Source of the DNA: Monocercomonoides exilis PA203
Taxonomy: Eukaryota > Protista > Preaxostyla
DNA length: 64,000 nt
Assembly: GCA_001643675.2 (NCBI GenBank)
Contig: LSRY02000034.1
Coordinates: 620,001-684,000 of the forward strand
Reading direction: 5' to 3'
The number at the start of each line of letters is the position of its first letter. Within the stretch, counting starts at the first letter, position 1. The translations under genes and the position numbers were made by a program. Below are positions 26,341 through 38,679 of this stretch, one piece after another. Below the pieces are notes generated by a model, which made no database searches, had not been told where the DNA came from, and saw only the letters and a program-made list of their open reading frames with translations.

Positions 26341-29300
26341 TTATTTTTCGATATTCTCATTTTTATCGTTATTCTCATTGCTTTCATTGTTATCCTTTGA
26401 AGCTTGTGTGTCAACAGACGACTGATCATCAGCTATTTGGTGCAGATTGTCAGCGTCTGTGCTTTTAGACAGCGGAGACGGGTGATGCGGTGATGTGTGT
26501 CGAGTCTGAGTGGAGGAAGACAATGAAGGTGAGGAAGAAGAAGATGATGATGAAGAGGAGGAGGAAGAGTAAGATTGCTGTGAAGAAGAAGGAGGAGGAG
26601 TCTGAATCACAATTGATTTCACAATCCCTCCACATTTTCCTGAGGAAGCAGAAGACGGAGAAAACGAAGAAGCCGACGCTGAAAGTCGCTTTGACGAAGT
26701 TAATTTTGATTTCTTTGAACTTTCAACAGAACTGGCTGGTTTCACCGTCACACCAGCTGTCTCCACAAACACGAAGGGTTTGGCTGATGAGCTGTCGCTG
26801 GAGGCAGAGGAAGGAATGACTGCCAAGGAAACAGGGGTGATTGAAGATAAAGAAGAAGAAGAAGAAGAAGAAGGCAATGAAGAAGAAGGAGATATAGATT
26901 TCTGAGTTGCTGCAGCTGCAGCTGTTGTATTTATTCCAGAATTCACTCCTTGCGTTATTGAACTCTGAGAACTTATCGTCTTTCCTGTGGAGGGCTCTGT
27001 TGGAACCGCCACCACACCAGAAGCTAATGAATTGCCCATGTTTGGAGCATTCATAGGAAATTGTTGCATTTGAGACTGTTGGAGCTGTTGAAGCTGTTGG
27101 GGCATTTGATTCATCATTTGTCCATATGGCATGGGATACATCTGCTGAGGAAGAACTTGCTGTGAATGCTGCTGTTGTGATTGTTGAAGTTGAATCTGGT
27201 TAAATCCCTGTTGTCTGGAAGGATCAAACATCATTGGCTGGCCTGGGTTCATTGGAGGCATCGGAACAGCTGAAGTTGGAACTGAAACTTGTGTTTGCGT
27301 TTGGGCTTGATTTTGAGGCAACTGATTCATAGACATAGGATAAGGGAATGCATTTGGATAAGGAGAAGGAGAGGGATATTGAGGGGCGCCATAGTATTGA
27401 GGGTAGTTCTGCATGGGCATTGGAACAGGCATACCCATGCTCATATTCATATTCATTGGCATCGACATTGGCATTGCGACTGGAACGGAGTTTGGAACAG
27501 AACCGGGTGCTGATATAGAAGAAGGAGCTGAAGAAGAAGAAGAAGACACAGGAAACTGAGAAGGAGGAAGAGAAGAACTAGTAAGATTAACAGCATTAAC
27601 AGCAGCAGGGTTTCCAACAGTGCCAGGCATTTGTGGAACACTCATTGGTGGATAAGGTGAGGCATATGGCATGCCTGGGCGAGGGTACCAAAATGGCGGG
27701 TTTGCCTGCTGGGGGAAGAATTGTTGAGAAGAAGAAGAAGAAGAAGAAGAAGAAGAAGAAGAAGAAGAAGAAGAAGAAGAAGAAGAAGAAGAAGAAGAAG
27801 AAGAGGTGGAGGAGGAAGAGGTAGGTGGGAAAGGAGAAGAGGGTTGGCTGGTAATTATAGTGTTATGAATGGGTTTTGTGGGGGTAGTGGGGTTAGAAAT
27901 GGAAGAGGAAGGAGAAGGAGAAGGAGAAGGAGAAGGAGAAGGAGAAGAAGAAGAAGTGTTTTGTTGTGAAAGTGAAGGGAACGATAACTGAGGTGGAAGA
28001 ACAACATTTGCAGCATTTGAACTTGAAGGCAAAGAAGAAGGTGAAGAAGAAGAAGAAGAAGATGATGATGATGATGATGAAGCATTTACAGTCGAATTTA
28101 TACCAGCAGAAGGAGAAGAAGGAGAAGAAGAAACAGAATTTGATGAAGAATCCATTCCTGCTATCATTTGTGAAACTGTTGTTGAACCAGCAATTTTTCC
28201 CTGAATTGCATTTTGAGCTACAAACGGCACAGAAGGCAGCGGATCTGCTGTTGGCACAGACATCGCTGAAAAAGAAAGAGAAGGAGAAAGCGAAGATCCG
28301 ACAGTCTTCGGAGAAATCGGAGAAATCGGAGTAATCGAAGCAATCGGAGAAACAGGGACAGGGTTTTGAGCTGCAGTGGCGGAATAAGCTGTTGAGAGTA
28401 AAGTGGCTGGAGGTAATGTTGGAGATAAACTGCTGACATTACTACTATTATTAGCAGTAGTATTAGCAATATTACTGCCAATATATGCCTGGGGAAGCGA
28501 AGGAGGAGTCAGAGGCGTCTGCAAACCCATCCCAGGGGAAGTTAGAGTCATCGGAATGGAAGATGATTGGAAAACGGAAGGTTGCTGCTGTTGCTGTTGT
28601 TGTTGGTTCATTTGCATAGAAACACCCAATTTTGAGCCAAATCCTTGTTCACCCACTCCTGTTAGACCAACAGATGAGCCAGATATTGCTGGATTGAGCG
28701 GAAACCCGGAATTTTCCACTGGAAACGCCAAATTCTCGATTATTCCAATGTTCCCTGCCACTTCAACGGAAGAGTTCAATAGATCATTATTCATCATATC
28801 TTTTTCTTTCTCTCTTTCTCTTTCTCTTTCCTTCTCTTTCTCTTTCTCCCTCTCTTTCTCCTTCTCCTTCTCTTTAAATTTCCCCCCCGAAAACTGCGGG
28901 GTCTGCAAATGTGCTGATTGCGGTGGATCAATCACAGGGAAATCAAAGATTTGCATGTTTGTGATGATCTGTATTGCTTCATCGTGTGCCACACGCAGCA
29001 TCTCCGCCCTCACATCATCTGTGATGCTTTTCCCTTTCATCAGCTCCATCTGCTCGTCAAACAGATACCGCTGCCATTTCTCAACAGTCACTGGGTTTGG
29101 CTCTGGAAGCGGGGGAAGGTTTTGCAGGATTGGTGAAGGAATCAGAGAAGGTTCCATTGATTGGAGAGAAAATTCATCGATGTTTCGATCAAGGCTGTTA
29201 ATGCTGCTAATGCTGTTAATGTTATTAATACTGCTTATACCGTTCATACCATCAAGATTTGCTAAGTTCGATAAATTGGATAAATTAGATAAAGAAGGCA

Positions 29301-29954
29301 AAGAAGGCAAAGAAGAAGATAAATTTGATAGGCCATCAACATTGTCTATTGAGGAAAAGGCATCAGAGCCAGAAATATCGGAGCTGAAAGGGAAAGAAAG
29401 AGATTCCAATGATTCGATTGGCTCAATTGGAACAGATGAAGGAAGAGAGGAAGAGGAAGGAGAAGAAGGGGAAGCAGTTGAGGAAGAAGAGGAGGAGGAC
29501 GATGAAGAAGAAGAAGAAGAAGATGATGATGATGTTGTTGTTGATGGAACAGAAGAAGAAATAGAAGAAGAATTTGCAGAAGAAGAAGAAGAAGAAGGCG
29601 AAGAAGGAGCAGCAGGAAAAGCAGCATACGGATACATCTGTTGCTGCTGCTGAAGCTGTTGTTGTTGCAATTGCATCAATTGAAACTGTTGTTGAGGGTT
29701 GAATGGAAACTGACTTTGCGTTTGAAGCAAAGACAAACCAGGAGGCAGGCTTGGGGCTGTGACAACAGCACGATTGGAAGGTTTGAGAGGAGTGGAGAGA
29801 GAAAGAGAAGAAATAGAAGAAGAAGATGAATTAGATGAATTAATTGAAAGAGCATTAATGTTTTGGCTTATATTGGAATTGGGGTTATTACTAGCGATGT
29901 TAATATTCACATAATTATTAGTGCTACTGCTTAAATTGCTGCTTTTGTTACCAC

Positions 29955-30000
<46 letters not shown>

Positions 30001-32382
30001 AACCCCTCCTTTCTTCCTCTTCTCCTTCATTTTCGGAATTTCAGCAGGAAAAGAAGGCATTTGATTGCGTGTGACAATTGGCGATAACACAACTGGACGA
30101 AGATTAGCTGGTTTTTCCTTTGAGAAAACATAATTTGTGTGATTGGGAATAATAACAGCGGGAAAAGAAGAAATTGAAGAAGAAGGTAAAGAAGAGGATG
30201 ATGAAGAAGAAGAACCAGAACCCAACTGATTTATTCCTTTGCTTTTCCCGTTCGCAACGTTATTTCCTGGTTTGCTGAGCGTCGGCTGCAATATCACTTT
30301 GCCATCAGCTGTGACAAGAGGAGGGGGTGTGTGAATTTTCTGTTGATTTATCAGATTCTTCGGCAAAGCGAGAGAATGAGAAGATTTGGGGATGAGAATG
30401 GTGGCTGAAGAGGAGGAAGAAGAGGAAGAGGAAAAAGAAGAAGAAGAAGAAGAAGAAGATGATGATGATGATGTTTGTTGAACTGTTGAATTGGAAAAAG
30501 AATTTTTAGAAGATAATTTTGTGTTTGTTTTATTTGAAGAAGAAGAAGAAGAAGAAGAAGAAGAATTTTCTTTTTTGGTTGGTTTTGTTGTGAATGAGAT
30601 TTTGGTGACAGGAGGAGAATAAACAGCAGGAACAGCTATTGTGGGTTGAGAAGAAGAAGAGGAAGAGGAAGAAGAAGAAGAGGAAGAAGAAGAAGAGGAA
30701 GAAGAAGAAGAGGAAGATGAGGAAGAAGAGGAAGAAGAAGATGATGATGAAGAATCAATTGCTGAAGTGGATGAAGTGGAAGAAGAAGAAGTTGAAGAAA
30801 TTTTATCAACTTTGTTTTCATTCGAACTGTCATCTGCACTTTCTTTATTGATTTCTTTCACCTCATCTTCATTTTTCTCTTCGAAATGTTGTTTTTCTGC
30901 TTTATTTTCTTCTTTCTCTTCTTCTTTTTGAATGTCTTTTTCATTTTCTTTCTCATCAGTTTCAGTTTTTTCTGTTGTTTCTTCATTTTTCGGTTCCATT
31001 GAAGCAGTTTCACTTTCTGAAGAATTTTTTCTTTCAATTGGTTTCTCTTTCTCCTCTTTTTCTTTTCCTTCTTCTTTCTCTTTCTCTTCTTCTTCCTTCT
31101 TCTTTTCTCCATCTTTCCCTTCCTCTTTCTGTTCTTCTTTTCCCTTTCCTTCAACTTCCTTCTCTTCCTTCCCTTCCCCACTCTTTTCTTTCTCCTTCTC
31201 CTTCTCCTTCTCCTTCTCCTTCTCCTTCTTCCCCGCTGACAGCGACGCCATCTTCATCGCCTCCTCATGCTCCCTCGCTTCTTTCTGCTTCCTCAGCAGC
31301 GTCACTCTTTTGGCCTCCTCCATCGTAAACCCTTTCTCCCTCTGCTCTACAATCGCCCCTTTGATCGGCACATCCACAAACGGCACTGAGCCAATCGGGA
31401 ACCAGCCGCCCATCGTATGCAGCAGCGCTTCTCCTTGCGGTCTCAGCAGCAGCGACGGCTTCAGAAAATTCATTCGGAACCAGCGCAGCATCGCTTCGTT
31501 TGCAAATGGGCCCTGAATCACCCCTTGGTCGTCAAAGTACTCCCAGCTGATCTCGGCTGCGAGCGCGTTGGACAGCGGAGGAGTGGGAAGGAACATCGGG
31601 TCACGTAGGCTGGTTGCCACATGTTTGCTTGCGGAATTTTCAACTGACTTAACTTTATTCACTTTTGGTTTTGAATTATTTTTGTCTTCATTTTTGGGAG
31701 TGTTCCGTTTTGACTGAATTAAAGTTTCGGATTTCAATTTTGGAATAGCTAATGATGCGAGCATTCCTGTCAATTGAGCTTTTTCCTGATCACTTTTGGC
31801 CAAAGGAGCAAGAAGTGCAATTAAAGTGGCTTGCGATTCAAAATCTTTCTTTTCCTTTCCTTTAGTAGAAGCTTTCGTTGTTTTCATATTTTCTCTAATT
31901 TTTTGTTCCTCTTCCTCGCGCTTTTTAATTCTTTCCTTTTCGATTTCTGCTTGTTTTTGCAGAAACGAACGAGTTTGAAAATATGACAGTGAAGTATCGT
32001 TCTCATCTGATGAATCAGGAATGTCCCACAAATCGGTATTTGAAGAATTTAAGATTTGAGCTTCATATTTTAAATATTCTTCTTCGGTCATTGGCTGAAT
32101 TTGATTTACGGGCATGTGCTGAAATAAATTTTAAATAAGCGAAAAAAACAATAAAAATGCATTGTCGAGCGAAAAAAACGAAGATATAAATACTTCTAAA
32201 GACGGTGGCTCGGTTGGTGCTTGCGGAGAGTCAGATATAAAAGGAACATTCAAAGCCAATTTGTTGGATGCTTCCAGAAGTTCAGGAAGAATTTTCACAT
32301 CCACACCAAACGCAGAGAGTATTTGCTCTTTGCTGTATCGGATTTTATGTTCTTTTTTATTTTCTGATTCCTTTTCAGTCAT
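26341..32382 (-). CDS. GIGYF/Smy2-like GYF-domain translational repressor adaptor (~1988 aa; exons 32382-32194 and 32118-26341)
   Basis: A 75-nt GT-AG intron (32193-32119) joins the ORFs in frame. N-terminal IRYSKEQILSAF resembles the GIGYF 4EHP-binding motif YRYGREEMLALF, and QPMTEEE resembles GIGYF VPFTEEE. GYF domain WEYFDDQGVIQGPFANEAMLRWFRMNFL at ~31380-31550, then long Ser/Gln/Pro/Asn low complexity. Confidence 0.85.
27728..27803. repeat. (GAA)n trinucleotide run encoding poly-Ser (TCT) in the GYF protein
   Basis: ~25 consecutive GAA units; similar runs at ~30420-30740, and (TTA)n encoding poly-Asn at ~29960-29998. Confidence 0.9.
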
Positions 32383-33270
32383 ATTTACGATGAATGAAAA
32401 GTCAAGCTCGATCTTTTTATACCGCAATACGGTTTTTTTCAAAAAGATAAAGTAATGGTAAAGGATCTTTGTTGAATTTTTTTATGAACACAAATGCAAA
32501 TAAAATGCAATAACTGAAAATTTACAACATATAAAATACTTCTTTAAAAAAATGAACACAGACACAGAAATAAACAAACTCAGAGAATCCAAGACGAACA
32601 AAAAACTTATCAAAAAACTAAATCACAAAATAATCAATTCATTTAAATAATATTAAAGCTCTCTTTCATAAAATGTTCAAAAAAAGACAATTAAGTTCAT
32701 AATGAAAATCACTAAAAAAAGAAATTAAATTCCTAATAGCAATTAAATGTGACAAAAAAAAAAGAAAAGAAAAAGAAACCAGACAAAAAAACAAGATGAT
32801 AACATTGGCAAAAGCCAGAGCGTACAAATAAAAACAATTTTTTTGAAGTCAATCATGAAACAAAAATATAAATATAAATATAAATATAAATATAAATAAA
32901 AATAAAAATAAAAGCTATCAACAAAAAAACATTGAATGAAAGTTAAAAAACACTCTCATTTTGAAAAATAATTAAAAAAAAAAACAATGTTAAAAGTTCC
33001 TAATAAGACTCAAAATTGTTTGAAAATAAGACGGGAAAAAATCTCAAATAAAGAAAGGTATCTATTTCTTCAAATAGAAGAAAAATTTCAATTTTTCTAA
33101 TAAATACAATTCACATGAATATCTGTTAGCACACACGAACTCGATCTTTCTTTTTCTTTTCTCTTTCTCTTTCTCTTTCTCTTTCTCCTTTTCTTTTTCT
33201 TCAGCTTCTTTTTCTTCTTCTTCTTTCTCTCTTTCTCTCCCAAGCCTTCACATTTCCTCAAACATCAAAT

Positions 33271-35103
33271 TTATTTCTCTTTCCTCATCCTCCTCATTAT
33301 CCATCCAGTTTCACACAGCATCTTCGCTTTCTCTGCCTTCAGTGCCACCTCCATTCTCACACATTCATTGCCATCACTTATCAATCTTGAGACAATCGCA
33401 TCATAAATGCCTTCCTCTTCTCCTTCTTCTCTAATCTCCTTCATCAAAGCTAAATCCACGTTTTTAATTCTTGTATCACTTTCACCTTTTGTAAACTTTC
33501 TGTTTTTTGATTCTTCAAAAGAAGCTGAAGGTGAATCAGAAGAACAAATTGAAGAACAATTCAATGAATTATTTGTTGACTTCACTGAATTATCAATCAC
33601 CTCATTATCTGTTTCCATCTCTCTTTCTTTAACACTTTTGTTTCCAACATTCCCTTTCATCAGAACTTCATCAATCATTGCATACTCACAAAGATTCAAC
33701 AACACCGCCAAGCACAAACAGATCACATTGTGATCGTTCTCCTTCAACGAGCATAAAACTTTCATCACAGCAGTAACACATCCACATTCCATCAAAGCAC
33801 TAAGTACACACTCTGACTTGTGATTCACGCACAGCTTGATAACTCCCAGTGCTGCACAGCGTGTCAGTGGTGAATGGAATGCCAGCGAAGAGCAGACGGA
33901 AGCTGTGCAAATGAGAATGCCTTTGTGCTTCTCTGAAAGCAGAGGGAAAAGCGACGGGTGATCAACTAGCAAATACCACAGCATGTGAAACCACTCTCTG
34001 GTTATTTTCTCGTGTTCTTGGGGAGACATACTGTCAATTTCGAATAATGATCTGAAGGAAGTTGATGATTTATGCACGTCATTGGGATTTATTAAGGGTA
34101 ATTTTGATTCATTTGATATAGACAAAGTACTTGCAGAACAACAAGAGGGCAAGCTTTGCTTTGAAAATGTGTCTAATTCACTTTGTTCTATAAATTCTCG
34201 TGTCTTTGTGCTGGCAGACTGAATAAATCTTGTGATGCTCCTTTCAAAGACATTAAGTACTTCCAGTTCTTCAAGCTTCCTTTCGATGAAATCGGGATCA
34301 ATCGTCCTTGATTTCAATAAAATCCACCATGCCATGCAGAACGCTGCCGGAGTCAGAAATTGATGTTTTGTGTTTCTGTCAATAATGTGGATTATGTCTT
34401 TGCTTATATTCGTTGTTTTTAAATAATGTGCATGACCTAACAAAAAGGAGAAAATATATATTTTTATTCGGAAAATGGTAACAATAAATTGCACACAACC
34501 AAAACTAATATTCCTCAACGAAATCAATGCATTTTCTATGTCCGATTGTTCCATTGTGTTTGTTCCATCGAATTTTATGTTTTGAATCAGAAAAGGCACT
34601 GTTACTTCAACAATATTCTCATTGAAACAGTACCAAGGAGGATACAGAAGATGAAATCCTACAATAAGATCCGAAAGCCAACCCTCATGCTTGTTTTCTG
34701 AACTTTCATTTAATTGTTGAATCTTTGCTTCATTTGTAATGAAACCTTCCAAAGTTATTTTGAATGTTGATGATAAAAAAGAATCACGCGGAATATCTTG
34801 AAAATAAAATATCCTGCCAACGTGCAAAAGGAATCTTGAAGTAGCTTCGATGGAGTAGATTGATCTGGAAAATTCGTTAAATTGGATAATAACATCTTTC
34901 GTTAAAAAATCAAAATTTCCTTTTATGCTCATCGAGCAAAAATCAAATGTTAACTTGCTAAGCAGTGCAAATTGAGAATGTTTTGTCTCTTTCGAAATAT
35001 TGGGAGAATTATCTGTTAAAATTAAAAAAAAAAGTTTAATTGAAGAACATAATAAATTATTATTCATTGTACCTAAACACGACTTCAAAATTATTGCATT
35101 CAT
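33271..35103 (-). CDS. Divergent member of the expanded helical-repeat 'EEEGYED' family; probable in-frame 60/63-nt intron at ~34437-34496
   Basis: ALISLRNI..|..KDIIHIIDRNTKHQFLTPAAFCMAW and EEEGIYDAIVS align with 55479-56826 and 58910-60404. An AT-rich GT..TTAG segment reads through in frame at the position where those paralogues have an intron. Confidence 0.7.
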   Translation of the reverse strand: MNAIILKSCLGTMNNNLLCSSIKLFFLILTDNSPNISKETKHSQFALLSKLTFDFCSMSIKGNFDFLTKDVIIQFNEFSRSIYSIEATSRFLLHVGRIFYFQDIPRDSFLSSTFKITLEGFITNEAKIQQLNESSENKHEGWLSDLIVGFHLLYPPWYCFNENIVEVTVPFLIQNIKFDGTNTMEQSDIENALISLRNISFGCVQFIVTIFRIKIYIFSFLLGHAHYLKTTNISKDIIHIIDRNTKHQFLTPAAFCMAWWILLKSRTIDPDFIERKLEELEVLNVFERSITRFIQSASTKTREFIEQSELDTFSKQSLPSCCSASTLSISNESKLPLINPNDVHKSSTSFRSLFEIDSMSPQEHEKITREWFHMLWYLLVDHPSLFPLLSEKHKGILICTASVCSSLAFHSPLTRCAALGVIKLCVNHKSECVLSALMECGCVTAVMKVLCSLKENDHNVICLCLAVLLNLCEYAMIDEVLMKGNVGNKSVKEREMETDNEVIDNSVKSTNNSLNCSSICSSDSPSASFEESKNRKFTKGESDTRIKNVDLALMKEIREEGEEEGIYDAIVSRLISDGNECVRMEVALKAEKAKMLCETGWIMRRMRKEK

Positions 35104-35435
35104 CGGAAATGAATCGATAAATATGAAATACGAAAACTGTTACAGATTAAGTCTTGAAAAAACAGAATCTCTCCAAAAAATATGAATTTTTTAATAGTGA
35201 TAAATAATTAGACCTTTTTAATTATGGAAGTTGAAAAAAATAATCACAATTTGATCATAAAACGATAAAAAAACAACATATTTCAAAATGAAAATAACAA
35301 AACAATGACAACAAAAAACATCCAGATAAAAGAACAAAAACATGCAAGAAGTAGTAAACATTTCAATGCAGGTAATTATCAAATATCCGTAATATTCGGG
35401 TGATTAAAAAAAATACACGTCATTCCACATTGGAC

Positions 35436-37680
35436 TTATTGGGAAACAGTTTGCATCTGAGAAGCCATCATTTGGTTAGTCATTGCAGGCGTCTGGGGCA
35501 AAGCCACCGCTGATGCTGCTGCAGTTGCTGTGAGAGGGAGAGCAGAAGGAACAGAAACCTGAGGAGCAGCAGTCGTATTGGCAAAGGGGATAAACGGGGT
35601 CATTGGCATAATGAACGGAAACGGCACGACTGGCTGTGAAGGGTCATTTGACGATGGAACAGAAGGGACAGAAGCAGCAGCCGAAACAGCTGAAGCAGCT
35701 GTTGTGGGATTGTGTGAAGACACAGGCACGTTCGAAGTGGCAGAGGGAATGACAGGAGAAGAAGAAGCAGAAGAAGCAGAAGTGGCAGAAGCAGAAGAAA
35801 TAGAAGAAATTGAAGTCACAGACGGAGAAGCAGAAGCAGAAGAAGTAGAGGAAGCAGCAGGCAAAGAAGCAGGTGTGTTGGAAGTTGCATTGCTGCTCGT
35901 CGCGTGAAGTGGAGAAGGAGCAAGCGAAATCGGCTGCTCTGCGCCAATCGCAGTCTGTGTGGGTGTGACAATCAGAGGAACCGAAGGCGAAGGAAACGGC
36001 TGTGCAAGCGCAGACAGAGGCACAGGGACAGGCACAGGAGTGGAGGAAGCAGCGGCTGTCAGCCCTTGAGCCGGGTTTATGGGCAGGGCAGGCGAAGAGG
36101 AAGGCTGAAGGAAGAAAGGGGAGAAAGAAGGAGGAACAGCAAAGGGAAGGGGAAATTGGAGCGCTGCCGCTGAAGAGGCGCTGTTTGGATCAGCAGGAAG
36201 CGCTTGCCCCGAAAGCGGAAGCTGCTGCTTGTTGTGTGCAGCGTTTGAGGAAGCAACAGAAGCAGAATTCTGTGAAGAATTCGTTGAAGATGTAACCACA
36301 GCAGCAGGAGCAGGAGTAGTCGTAGGAACAGCAGCAGGAGCAGCAGCAGCTCCGAGCTGGGCGGAGCTGCCAGATGGCACCGAAGAAAGCAACGGCTGGA
36401 GTTGTGCAGCCGACTGCAGCTGGGGCATCTGAGATGGCATTTGTTGAGGCTGTCCTCCAAGCGATCCAGCACTTGCCCCTACACCCACACCTGCACCTGC
36501 ACTCGCACCTGCACCTGCATCCGTACTTGTTCCCACACCTGCTCCCACGATGCCCTGTGGAATGAAAGGAGACGCGCCAGCACTGAACTGCAAGGGAGCT
36601 GCCACACCGCCTTCTCCTCCGATAGCTCCCATCCCACTTAAGCCTCCCATCTGTGCGACTGCGTTGAAGGCGTCAGCGCCCATAAACGGAGCCATCCCCA
36701 TCCAGCCAAACCCAAAATCAAAGGGATACCCTGCAGCCATCATATTTTCCGGATTGCCCCATCGCCCTCCACCCCTTCCCGAGCCACGTCCTCTTCCTCT
36801 GCCTCTCCCTCGACCTCTTCCCCTTCCTCTTCCCATGTTTCCTCTAAAAACACCGTCTTCAGAATTAACAGTTATTTCGTGCTGATCAACTTTACCTTCT
36901 GAATGCTTGCTTGCCACGTGCTCCTTTGGAAGATCTGGTCTTGTGAAATCGTATGTACGCTCGTCATTTACTTGGACATTGAGAGATTGAGTGTTGGTTG
37001 AGTACATAATTCGAAGGAGACAACTCCCCTCATAAATTTGTGCTCCATCAAGAGCATTCTTTGCATTCCTTGCATCTTCAATTGTCGGAAACTCCGCAAG
37101 GGCACAAGAACGATTCTTCTGAAAAATTACAATTCTCATAATATTGTACGGTTTTAATATTGATGCAAGCACATCAACAGTTATTGCATAAAGTGGGTTA
37201 TGAACCGTTAATAACAAAATTCGACTTTCTGGCACGGATTGGGCTTCTAAAGCATATTTTTAGAGAAATTGATAAGCAGAATATTAAGAAAAAGACTGAA
37301 TACCTTTTGTTAGTGATGTATCTCGGTTTATTTCTTGATTAACAGAATATTGAAAATATACTCTAGCACCATTCATCATAGGTGGACCATTTTCTTTGTA
37401 GTACTCAACAACATACTTTGAAGTTTCAAGATCCTCCATTTCCACCAACATTTGATTTGCAGCTTTCATATTAAATACATAAACGATATTTCCCAATTTG
37501 CTAAGGAATGATATGATGTCCTGTGTGTTTAAATCCTTTTCTGAGTGAACATGGATAACTTTTGACGGAGGTACATCTTTTTGCACTACATGTTGTTTTT
37601 CTGGTAAAAGAATTATTTGTGAAAATGAAATTGTATGATGAATGTTTAATACCCTTCGGTTGCAAATCGAAAGATTGCAT
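35436..37680 (-). CDS. PTB/hnRNP-L-like RNA-binding protein (RRM1+RRM2, RG repeat, Ala/Pro/Ser-rich tail); exons 37680-37653, 37600-37304, 37246-35436
   Basis: PPSKVIHV...ANQMLVEM...VYFQYS (RRM1) and RILLLTVHNPLYAITVDVL...RIVIFQKN...ALAEF...ALDGAQIYEGSCLLRIMYS...DFTRPDLP (RRM2) match PTB/hnRNP L. Two GT-AG introns (37652-37601, 37303-37247) splice in frame. Confidence 0.9.
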
Positions 37681-38679
37681 ATTTATAGCAAAAAAGCAAT
37701 CACAAAAAATCGATCACAAGAAAAGAATAATATATAAAGGCTCGATCAAGAGAATTAAATAATTGTATCTATTGTGAAGATTTGTTTTCGTATTGTTTGC
37801 GAAATCTGTGTGAGTTAATGACTTTCAACAATAATATAAACATGTGTGACTATGTGACTATTGACAGACAAAATTTGTTTCATGACGGACCGAGAGATTA
37901 TTTTCATGTAAGAACCTCAATTTCGAATATGATAATTTTAAATGCAAATATCATTTAATGTCAATACAAATTAGTTAGGTTGGAAAAAAAAAAATCGTAT
38001 ATCAAAAAGGATATTGATAAAACAGTCAAATGTTAGATAAAATAAGAAATAAATTGATCATTTCAAATTATTTGAGTTATTTCAAGTTTCAGCCAAGAAT
38101 TATAAATTAACCCAGTTATTTTGAAATAACCGAGAAAAACTTAAATCTACTGGACGTTTTTAAAAAATCATTGAATTGAAATGTTTCTGATAAAATTATG
38201 AATGTGGCCATGCTCGAAAATGTATTTGTTTATATAATTTTATTACAAAAATTCGAATGTTTTCAATTTAAGTTTAAAAAAAATAAATGAGAAAACTTTG
38301 TTTGTTTCATCCTCAATTTTTTGAAATTGAATTCTCAAAAGAAGACATATTTAATGTTTCTTTCATAACACTGTTTGTTTATATTTAATTTGAAGAAAAA
38401 TCTTGAATTGTTACATCTTCGTGTTTTGATATCTATTTTCAAATTATTTTATTCAAAATCGCAAAATGATGAAAATTTTAAAAAATACTAAAAATTTCAT
38501 CAGAATCAAAAGTTTGTCGCTTCATAAAACTGAATCGTTGATCACATTTTGTGGAATGTCAGAGTTTGATCGATTGAAACTTTTTCTCACTCGTTTCCTT
38601 TCTGTATCCGCTCTCATGTTTATTTCCCTTATCTTCTTTCGCTCTATCTCCTTTATTGAAGAAAAGACAATTTCTTAAT

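Noticed and set aside
26490-31608. Many plus-strand ORFs (e.g. 28403-29653, poly-Lys/Arg/Glu ORFs)
   Set aside because: Antisense shadows of the low-complexity GYF gene; trinucleotide repeats lack stops in several frames.
26341-37680. Neighbouring GIGYF-like and PTB-like genes as a functional RNA-regulation cluster
   Set aside because: Two genes in a eukaryotic genome separated by an unrelated gene; no evidence beyond proximity.
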